Of a stretch of DNA of 64,000 nucleotides, positions 56,972 through 63,463 are shown piece after piece. Position numbers and translations under genes: made by a program. Source of the stretch: a virus (taxonomy: Duplodnaviria; Caudoviricetes); the IMG/VR virus record IMGVR_UViG_3300048606_000075, positions 25,816 to 89,815 of that record, one strand, 5' to 3'. The number at the start of each line of letters is the position of its first letter. The first letter of the stretch is position 1. The notes below the pieces were generated by a model, which did no database searches, had not been told where the DNA came from, and saw only the letters and a program-made list of their open reading frames with translations.

Positions 56972-57666
56972 CCAAGAATCTTTGTCACCTGGGATACACC
57001 GTCTGGCCGCAAGCTGACTCGATAAACAACGTCTGCACTTTCAGTGAGTGGATCTTGGTGAGTAACCATGATGACCTGTAGGCCAGCCGAGTCTACTAGC
57101 GTCCGCAGGAACGCCGACGCAGCCTCCAGACGGTCTGCCGAGAGCATGGCCAGCGTCTCATCCAGCACCAGCGTGCTCGACACCTTCTGCCCGGTCTGCC
57201 GGGTCAACAAGATGAGCACAACCCGGAGCAGCATGCCGATGACAGCGGCCACGCCACCGCCCCGCGCGCTCATCACGTCCGTGACGATCTCGGTGCCGTC
57301 CGGCTTGGTGGTGTGCACCTCGAAGTCGATGTTCGCGGCATTGCGCAGCGTCGACTCCACCAGGTGGAACGTCAACACCTCACCGCCGTCACCGAAGATG
57401 GCCTGCAGACCAGCGGTCACCAGGGATTCCACCTGCGCGCGTGCTGCCTGATCCCGATCTGATGCCAGCTTAGAGAGGACCCCGGAGACGCGCTCAGCGG
57501 TCTCCCGGTCCAGCCCGAACTTCTCCACCTCGGCGGTGAGAAGACGACCGCGATCGGCCAGCGAACGAGCCTGCCCCACCTCGGTGTGCAGATCCTGCAT
57601 GGTCGTCGTGACCTGGCGACGCAGGTCCGCCAGCTCAGCCGCGCGGGTGGGATCAGTGACCGTCAT
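56968..57666 (-). CDS. SbcC/Rad50-type ATPase, C-terminal half only
   Basis: Signature SARGGG, Walker B LVLDE, H-loop IMVTH; no Walker A. Confidence 0.85.
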   Translation of the reverse strand: MTVTDPTRAAELADLRRQVTTTMQDLHTEVGQARSLADRGRLLTAEVEKFGLDRETAERVSGVLSKLASDRDQAARAQVESLVTAGLQAIFGDGGEVLTFHLVESTLRNAANIDFEVHTTKPDGTEIVTDVMSARGGGVAAVIGMLLRVVLILLTRQTGQKVSSTLVLDETLAMLSADRLEAASAFLRTLVDSAGLQVIMVTHQDPLTESADVVYRVSLRPDGVSQVTKILG

Positions 57667-57675
57667 ACTCCACTC

Positions 57676-58023
57676 CTACCCAGCCGCTTGTCTCGCTTCA
57701 CGCTTAGCAGTACGGGCCTCCGCCTTGCGGCGCCGCGCGATCTCCTGAAAAAACTCCGCCTGGGTGTAGCGGACGCCCAGCTTGTAGCCCGGAGCGGACT
57801 GGTACTGCCGCTGCCCGATGCGTGCGTACGTCACCGGATCCCGGTACTCCGTTGCACCGCCACGGCATCGGTCGCACTCCAGCTTCCAGTGCTCGACTTT
57901 CATCGTTCCCCAGATCATGGGGAGCATGCTCTTGTCCAACCATGCATGCCGTAGTGCATAACAAAGTAGGAAGTTGAAAGGCAGACTCTGTAGGGTGGAC
58001 TTTTTAGAAGGTCGTCTCGCCAT
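57676..58023 (-). CDS. hypothetical protein
   Basis: LCYALRHAW...LECDRC...YQSAPGYK. Confidence 0.65.
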   Translation of the reverse strand: MARRPSKKSTLQSLPFNFLLCYALRHAWLDKSMLPMIWGTMKVEHWKLECDRCRGGATEYRDPVTYARIGQRQYQSAPGYKLGVRYTQAEFFQEIARRRKAEARTAKREARQAAG

Positions 58024-58098
58024 GCCAGTCCTCGCGATCCCGTCGCTGATAAACACGGCCGTTCTACCCCAGAACGACACCGCGAGCATAACGCCGGA

Positions 58099-58326
58099 TC
58101 AGGACGGGAAAGAACTATCTCGCAACAGGCCCAGGGAGTACAACTTCCCCATTGTCTTGTCACGCGCTAAACGACAACGCTCCGGGGTGTGCGGCTCAAA
58201 GACACCCGTGGAAATCAATCCATTTGATCGATGTCCCAAGAAATGATAGCGATACTTCTGCCCATTTCTCATCTCACCATTTCGGGTCCACGTTCCGCAT
58301 GCCTGACACAGCACAGCGTCTTTCAT
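58099..58326 (-). CDS. small Cys/His protein
   Basis: ATGA overlap with the phosphoesterase stop. Confidence 0.55.
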   Translation of the reverse strand: MKDAVLCQACGTWTRNGEMRNGQKYRYHFLGHRSNGLISTGVFEPHTPERCRLARDKTMGKLYSLGLLRDSSFPS

Positions 58327-59102
58327 GCACTCGCACACGACGCCTCCTCCCGTGCCGAACTCAGCCGCAGCACCGAGCACCACCCGGACGCCTGGTTGTC
58401 TCGGCCTAGCGAACGGACCTCGCAGAACCCATCGTCATGGCGGAAGCTGTAGGAAGCGGACTCGTGATAGTGCCCGTGGAACCACAGCTTCGGGCGGAGC
58501 GCGAGCCCGACCGAGTTGATCATCTGCCGGTATACGTGCGAGTCAAAATCCTCCTTGAGCTTGAACGGATTCAGCACCGGAGCGTCGTGGGTGAACAACA
58601 CATCCGCCCAGCCAATGTCCTGGGCCTGGCCGATCTCCTCGGGTGAGAGCACCTCCTGCGGCCACCAGATGTCCGTACCGGTCTCCCGCTTGTAGCGCAG
58701 CCGATTCTCCTTGTCGATCGACACCGCTCCACCCACCGCCGCCATGCGCCGACCGCCCCACACCCACGTCGAGACTCGACCGGTGTAGAACAGCCGGGGC
58801 CGGAACTGCGCGTGACCTTCGGGGGAGAACAGCTTCGCGCGCCGGGTCAGCAGCTCCAGCTTGGTGTGATCCTCGTGATTTCCGGGGAGAAAATGCAGGT
58901 CAATGCCGAGTCGGTCCAACACACGACTCATCTTGTCCAGGCCGTACAGGTAGTTCGGAGTCGGGAAGATGAAGCCGAAGTCACCGACTTGCATGATCTT
59001 CGTTGCGCCCACGCTCACGGCCTGCGGGATGACCTTCTCGTACAACCAGCGCGCATTGCCATGGGTATCACCCACGACCAGAACCGTCTCCACATCTACC
59101 AT
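58323..59102 (-). CDS. calcineurin-like metallophosphoesterase
   Basis: GDTHG, VGDFG, GNHE, THDAP, HGHYH motifs; the track ORF extends too far upstream. Confidence 0.9.
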   Translation of the reverse strand: MVDVETVLVVGDTHGNARWLYEKVIPQAVSVGATKIMQVGDFGFIFPTPNYLYGLDKMSRVLDRLGIDLHFLPGNHEDHTKLELLTRRAKLFSPEGHAQFRPRLFYTGRVSTWVWGGRRMAAVGGAVSIDKENRLRYKRETGTDIWWPQEVLSPEEIGQAQDIGWADVLFTHDAPVLNPFKLKEDFDSHVYRQMINSVGLALRPKLWFHGHYHESASYSFRHDDGFCEVRSLGRDNQASGWCSVLRLSSAREEASCASA

Positions 59103-59109
59103 GTCTTCA

Positions 59110-59838
59110 TCATACCCAGTGACGATCAGAGTGGGCGGGGACGTAGGTCGGGGACTGCGAGGCAGCGAAGTCCTGCTCCAGCATGTGCACGCCCTTACGG
59201 CCGATGTGCAGCGAGCGCGCCACACCCGGAGCGGCCACCCTGAAGCCTTCGCTCTTGATGATCCGGTTGATATTCCAATCCCAGCCGGCGTGCGAGCCGT
59301 CCGCGTTGCCGGTCGAGTAGTCCAGATCCCAGGTATCCCGCAGGGTGTTCTCCCAGCGGTCCTGCCACGTGCCCCAGACCAGCGGACAGAACCGGGGGTC
59401 CAGGAACACCGCGTCGTGGGCGTTGCCAGGCGCACACCAGTTCTCCGCGCACACCGCGAGCACCTTCTGTGCATCACGATACTTGACACTCATGCTCGAA
59501 AAGAACTCCAGGATATCGTTGCTTACTTCTACGTCTTCCTCAGATAGAACCACAAACTCAAACTGCTGAAAAGCATTGTTAAACGACGCAAAAGGATTAC
59601 GCAGCACGCCATATCGTTTGGGATTCACTATCACATAAGACTTATGATTCTCGGTAAACCGATCGATGAGGTCCGCGCACGCGCGCAGGTGCGGGCCCGG
59701 CTCCACCGAGAAGCCGAACACCCAGTCCTCGGTGGAACGGACGTGTCTCCAGCTATCGAGTGTCTGACTCAAATACTCAGGACGATCTGCTGAAACCGTC
59801 ATCACTACTGCGCGCTCCACACAACAGACTACGGACAC
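59110..59838 (-). CDS. GT-A fold glycosyltransferase-like protein
   Basis: DRPEYLSQTLDSW, VVLSEEDVEV, GWDW, SLHIG. Confidence 0.7.
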   Translation of the reverse strand: MSVVCCVERAVVMTVSADRPEYLSQTLDSWRHVRSTEDWVFGFSVEPGPHLRACADLIDRFTENHKSYVIVNPKRYGVLRNPFASFNNAFQQFEFVVLSEEDVEVSNDILEFFSSMSVKYRDAQKVLAVCAENWCAPGNAHDAVFLDPRFCPLVWGTWQDRWENTLRDTWDLDYSTGNADGSHAGWDWNINRIIKSEGFRVAAPGVARSLHIGRKGVHMLEQDFAASQSPTYVPAHSDRHWV

Positions 59839-59841
59839 AAC

Positions 59842-59875
59842 AAAGCCCTCTGATCGTGGGGGATCAGAGGGCTTT
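59842..59875. terminator. intrinsic terminator after the tRNA array
   Basis: 14-bp perfect stem AAAGCCCTCTGATC/GATCAGAGGGCTTT. Confidence 0.85.
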
Positions 59876-59877
59876 TG

Positions 59878-59951
59878 TGGGAAGGGTAGGAATCGAACCT
59901 ACGACCTCTCGCTCTTCAGGCGAGCGCTGCTACCAGCTGAGCTACCGACCC
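59878..59951 (-). tRNA. tRNA-Phe(GAA)
   Basis: Anticodon arm CTCGC-CTGAAGA-GCGAG; two acceptor-stem mismatches. Confidence 0.85.
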
Positions 59952-60451
59952 GTGGGCCATTCAAGATGGCCATTGTCAAACTCCCAATGATGATTGGGGC
60001 AAAACGTTGTTAGATTGTCAACTGCATTTACTTCCGCAAGCGTAGCAGACATCGGGAAGTCCGCAACAGGTCTTATGTGGCACACATCTACATGCAAGTT
60101 GTATCCACAAGCAACACACTCTAGCTTACCTTTAAAGATTGATCTAGCAAGCCCTCTAATCTTACCATGATACTGACTAATACTATAAGCATCTCTTAAT
60201 TCTTGTAACATTAGATTATCTATGAAACTAGCTTTATTTTGCTTACGACAATCACGACAAATATCAACATTACCTGGTTTGCGTTCAGATCCACACTGAG
60301 AACAAAAACGTTCTTTTTTACGAGAATTAGCTATAAATCTGTTAGAACAAACTACATTACAAAAACGAAACTTATCCTTAGGACCATTACTGACACGACT
60401 AAACTCAACATCACAGTACTCACAAACACCAGACAAAATCTTTACTCGCAC
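59942..60451 (-). CDS. HNH endonuclease with Zn-finger N-terminus
   Basis: CVACGY...VDVCHIRP...NAVDNLTTFCPNHHWEFD. Confidence 0.88.
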   Translation of the reverse strand: MRVKILSGVCEYCDVEFSRVSNGPKDKFRFCNVVCSNRFIANSRKKERFCSQCGSERKPGNVDICRDCRKQNKASFIDNLMLQELRDAYSISQYHGKIRGLARSIFKGKLECVACGYNLHVDVCHIRPVADFPMSATLAEVNAVDNLTTFCPNHHWEFDNGHLEWPTGR

Positions 60452-60474
60452 ACAAGCGTACTACCCACAAGTTG

Positions 60475-60546
60475 TGGGGGCGGAGCCTGAGTCGAACAGG
60501 AACTCTGGATTATGAGCCCAGTGTGATGCCATTTCACCACTCCGCA
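60475..60546 (-). tRNA. tRNA-Met(CAT), initiator-like
   Basis: CTGGG-CTCATAA-TCCAG; 1:72 mismatch; encoded CCA. Confidence 0.8.
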
Positions 60547-60549
60547 AGC

Positions 60550-60623
60550 GATTCCGACCGGACTCGAACCGGCATATTCCACCGTGACAAGGTGGTCCAT
60601 TGTCCTAATTATGGTACGGAACC
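60550..60623 (-). tRNA. tRNA-Asp(GTC)
   Basis: CCACC-TTGTCAC-GGTGG. Confidence 0.88.
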
Positions 60624-60640
60624 ATGATTTAATTGTGACG

Positions 60641-60718
60641 TAGCCTAGACCGGAATCGAACCGGCGTCGCACCCTGCTTGAAAGGCAGGTCGCCCCTATC
60701 CAGCAGAGCAACTAGGCC
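60641..60718 (-). tRNA. tRNA-Glu(TTC)
   Basis: CCTGC-CTTTCAA-GCAGG. Confidence 0.88.
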
Positions 60719-60736
60719 ATGTACTTGTATGACTAC

Positions 60737-60765
60737 ATACTACCGTGCTAGTGCCTAACTTGCAA
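60737..60765 (-). promoter_or_regulatory. sigma70/HrdB-type promoter for tRNA-Glu
   Basis: TTGCAA-N17-TAGTAT, 18 nt upstream of the tRNA. Confidence 0.65.
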
Positions 60766-60775
60766 GCACTTTACG

Positions 60776-60856
60776 AACCGCCCGGGAGATTCGAACTCCA
60801 GCCTCTCGGCTGTGCGCTTTGCAGGCGCACCCTACCTGCCCGGTAAAACGGACGGC
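60776..60856 (-). tRNA. atypical tRNA-Cys(GCA) with 8/4 acceptor/T fold
   Basis: 8-bp acceptor, 4-bp T stem, 6-bp anticodon stem, variable hairpin, U73. Confidence 0.7.
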
Positions 60857-60857
60857 T

Positions 60858-60950
60858 TGGCGGAGAGACCGGGTCTCGAACCCGGACGGGCTCACGCCCC
60901 AAGCGGCTTCCAACCGCTGGTCAGTAGGCCAAAACTTGACTTACCTCTCC
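60858..60950 (-). tRNA. tRNA-Ser(GGA)
   Basis: AGCGG-TTGGAAG-CCGCT; long variable arm; CCA. Confidence 0.85.
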
Positions 60951-60954
60951 AGAG

Positions 60955-61037
60955 CGGAAAGCAGAGGTTCCGACCCCCACGGCTCTTACACCGCTCCGGA
61001 TTTCAAATCCGGATGCATCACCCGATGCTTGCCTTCC
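60955..61037 (-). tRNA. tRNA-Ser(TGA), divergent T loop
   Basis: CCGGA-TTTGAAA-TCCGG; T loop GTCGGAA. Confidence 0.72.
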
Positions 61038-61038
61038 T

Positions 61039-61125
61039 TGGCGGAGAGCCGAGGTATCGATCCCCCAGGCTTTCACCTGTATGCCGCGCTTCGAACGCAA
61101 CTGCGTCACCATCAGCAGACTCTCC
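61039..61125 (-). tRNA. tRNA-Ser(CGA)
   Basis: TTCGAAG loop; G73; CCA; T loop ATCGATA. Confidence 0.78.
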
Positions 61126-61142
61126 AAGACTATTTAGTTGTT

Positions 61143-61235
61143 TGGCGGAGAGACTGGATCTCGAATCCAGACGGGATTGCTCCCCAACGATTTAGCAAAT
61201 CGTGGTCAGTAGGCCGGAACTTGACTTACCTCTCC
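61143..61235 (-). tRNA. tRNA-Ser(GCT)
   Basis: ACGAT-TTGCTAA-ATCGT; CCA. Confidence 0.87.
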
Positions 61236-61236
61236 T

Positions 61237-61317
61237 TGGTACCAGTACTAGGAATCGAACCTAGCTAGCCGATGGCGAGGGATTTACAGTCCCCCTCGTT
61301 TCCCAGAACATACTGGC
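61237..61317 (-). tRNA. tRNA-Tyr(GTA)
   Basis: GGGGA-CTGTAAA-TCCCT; CCA. Confidence 0.85.
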
Positions 61318-61341
61318 ATGTCTAGATGTTACCGCGTCCTA

Positions 61342-61603
61342 CCCCACCCGGGCCAAAGGGTGGGGCAGCCACGCTACCTTGGTCCTGGGCTGTGGTGCGC
61401 GACATCAGAACGCGACCTTAGCCAACTCGACCCACTGTTTATCGCCTGCTCGCGTCGGCGACTAACCGACGTGTCTGAAGTTAGCGTGGGAGAACAGCTT
61501 GGTCAAGTTAGAACAGGGAGTACAAAGGCGTCTGCTGTACTGAACGTGCCAACGCACCACACGAGTGTTACAGAGCTTACCTGTGCCGTCGACCTTTGTA
61601 CTC
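61342..61603 (-). ncRNA. candidate structured non-coding RNA(s) in the tRNA array
   Basis: No credible ORF; stems of 11 bp (61518-61603), 8 bp (61342-61365) and several shorter ones. Confidence 0.45.
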
Positions 61604-61604
61604 G

Positions 61605-61676
61605 TACCGGAACCAGGAATCGAACCTAGATAAACGGCTTATGAGACCGTTGCCTTAGCCGTTAGGCTATTCCGGC
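61605..61676 (-). tRNA. tRNA-Met/Ile2(CAT)
   Basis: ACGGT-CTCATAA-GCCGT. Confidence 0.85.
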
Positions 61677-61677
61677 T

Positions 61678-61839
61678 TGGGGGCACGCCCAGGAGTTAAA
61701 CCTGGATCAACCTCTCAGTAACTCCCGAATGCAGATTCTTTGAACGTCTCCAAGTCCTCTACGGGAGGGGCATGCTCTCGCAGATGTACAGTCTGCTACT
61801 ACATGCACATCGGCACTTTAACGTTAAGCTAACGCGCCC
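61678..61839 (-). ncRNA. 162-nt tRNA-like RNA with large central insert
   Basis: 8-bp acceptor plus CCA, D arm, T arm CCAGG/CCTGG; about 100 nt in place of anticodon and variable arms. Confidence 0.55.
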
Positions 61840-61840
61840 G

Positions 61841-61914
61841 TGAACCTGGTGGGGGTCGAACCCACACTTGGAGGATTTTAAGTCCTCTTCCTCTGCCTAT
61901 TGGGATACAGGTCC
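61841..61914 (-). tRNA. tRNA-Leu(TAA), short variable loop
   Basis: GAGGA-CTTAAAA-TCCTC; A73. Confidence 0.87.
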
Positions 61915-61924
61915 ATACTAAGTT

Positions 61925-61999
61925 TGGGGCGAATGACGAGATTTGAACTCGCGTGACCCTGGACCACAACCAGGTGCATTCCTGTCTGCCACATCCGCC
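61925..61999 (-). tRNA. tRNA-His(GTG)
   Basis: CCTGG-TTGTGGT-CCAGG; G-1:C73; CCA. Confidence 0.9.
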
Positions 62000-62004
62000 A
62001 TGAG

Positions 62005-62250
62005 TAACGACGAGAACCATCTCACCCGCCGTTGTGACCAGCCCTCTCTCGTTTGTCTTCCGATCGCTGGCCTTCCGAGTATTCACGCAGGAAGGTCGGG
62101 ATGGGGTAGCGAACCTGCTCCCAACCCCCTGCGGGTGGTTCCGCTAGGTACGGGGGCTTACCACCAAGCCGCCGGGCTTTGCTCCGCTGCACCGGCTAGC
62201 GCCTTGGGGAGGATGTTCGACGAAGGTGCACCCCCTCCCCAGAGGTGACC
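62005..62250 (-). ncRNA. candidate structured non-coding RNA (about 250 nt)
   Basis: Multiple stems (GGGGAGG/CCTCCCC, CGCTAG/CTAGCG, GGCTT/AAGCC, CCTTCC/GGAAGG, CACCCGC/GCGGGTG); no credible ORF. Confidence 0.4.
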
Positions 62251-62253
62251 CAG

Positions 62254-62326
62254 CTGGCCTAGTTGGATTCGAACCAACACCTAAGCGGGTAACAACCGCT
62301 TGCTCTGCCAATTAAGCTACAGACCA
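62254..62326 (-). tRNA. tRNA-Asn(GTT)
   Basis: AGCGG-TTGTTAC-CCGCT. Confidence 0.9.
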
Positions 62327-62350
62327 TTGATACTGCTGTACTATCCTACG

Positions 62351-62422
62351 TTCCTCCCTCAGGACTCGAACCTGAACCCCAAGAACCAAAATCTTGTCGG
62401 CTGCCGATTACCACACGGAGGA
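62351..62422 (-). tRNA. tRNA-Gln(TTG)
   Basis: CAAGA-TTTTGGT-TCTTG. Confidence 0.88.
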
Positions 62423-62568
62423 TTGGCCCCCCAACACCACCAGGGGGTAGTTTACCGATCAGGTCACTACGCTGATCAGATGGTCGACTAAACATATCGC
62501 TCATAACGAGCGATAGAGGTCCAGCCCGGGGCCGGTTCCCCGTAAGCCCGTCAGTGTCACAGGCTTTG

Positions 62569-62641
62569 CTGCTCTGCCAGGGCTCGAACCTAGACTAAGT
62601 GGGCCAGAACCACTCGTGCTGCCGAATTACACCACAGAGCA
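62569..62641 (-). tRNA. tRNA-Gln(CTG)
   Basis: AGTGG-TTCTGGC-CCACT. Confidence 0.88.
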
Positions 62642-62724
62642 ATGAGTGCTGGGCGCCACTCCAGCGATTGTATGTCAAGCATACGGCAAGGTGCTGAGTA
62701 AGTCGTGCCCAAACTCAGTACCAG

Positions 62725-62796
62725 CATGAGAGTAGGGAGTCGAACCCCATTTCGCTCGGTTTTGGAGACCAAGTGCCTATCCGTTGGCTCTCTCAT
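62725..62796 (-). tRNA. tRNA-Trp(CCA)
   Basis: TTGGT-CTCCAAA-ACCGA. Confidence 0.82.
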
Positions 62797-62888
62797 ATGA
62801 AGTGGCAATCTGGGTACGTCCGGTACCGGACACCTTTCGCTTGGGGCGATCAACCCCCGCACCGCCACGCTCTCGGGCGTTGCCACAG

Positions 62889-62960
62889 AGCCACAGCTGG
62901 GAATCGGACCCAGAAGACGTCCTTACCAAGGACGCGGTTTACCATTCAGCCTACTGTGAC
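62889..62960 (-). tRNA. tRNA-Thr(GGT)
   Basis: CGTCC-TTGGTAA-GGACG. Confidence 0.85.
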
Positions 62961-63436
62961 ATGATTTTAATGTAATTCTGGATTGTCACATGCGACACAC
63001 CAAACTTAGCTCCGGCACGTCGCATAGACGGACGATCCATTAAGCGATAATACTCAACAGCTTGCACTGCACGAAAAGCATTGGCGTCTTTACGTTCTTG
63101 AATTTTACGTTGTCTCTCACCCCACGCTGCAAGTGCAACATCAATTTGAGACTGACGACGCCTACCCATTAATGGTCGAAGAATTTCCATGATTTTAGCT
63201 GCTCGACTAGAAACTACACTCCACGACCAAGTGTCTTTAAAATGTTCTTGTCGTTTAGCATGAGAGATATAGTTTCCACCAAAAATACCGGCCAGCCTAG
63301 CTACGACATCCTCATCAGACATCTCACACCAAATGAAGGGAACCGAACCAAGCTTGGCTTGAAAAGATCCCTCACCCTCAAGCAACCCAGCAGCCCAGGC
63401 CAAATCCATTTCGGTAACTTCCATGGTCAGAAGCAT
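62951..63436 (-). CDS. single-motif LAGLIDADG endonuclease with C-terminal HTH
   Basis: LAWAAGLLEGEGSF; SMRRAGAKFGVSHVTIQNY. Confidence 0.85.
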   Translation of the reverse strand: MLLTMEVTEMDLAWAAGLLEGEGSFQAKLGSVPFIWCEMSDEDVVARLAGIFGGNYISHAKRQEHFKDTWSWSVVSSRAAKIMEILRPLMGRRRQSQIDVALAAWGERQRKIQERKDANAFRAVQAVEYYRLMDRPSMRRAGAKFGVSHVTIQNYIKIMSQ

Positions 63437-63463
63437 AGCACCTCAGCTTTACCAAAACTTGCG

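Noticed and set aside
58323-59489. 388-aa phosphoesterase as given by the track
   Set aside because: The first 129 aa overlap the glycosyltransferase in another frame; the likely start is ATG 59102.
60776-60856. True tRNA-Sec or stop-codon suppressor
   Set aside because: Anticodon is GCA, not TCA; no CTA or TCA anticodon in the array, and TAG/TGA behave as normal stops, so no sign of recoding.
61678-61839. tmRNA
   Set aside because: Too short, no G3:U70 alanine identity pair, no evident tag ORF.
62423-62568. Additional tRNA in the spacer between the two Gln tRNAs
   Set aside because: Only isolated hairpins (ATCGCTC/GAGCGAT); no T loop or acceptor stem.
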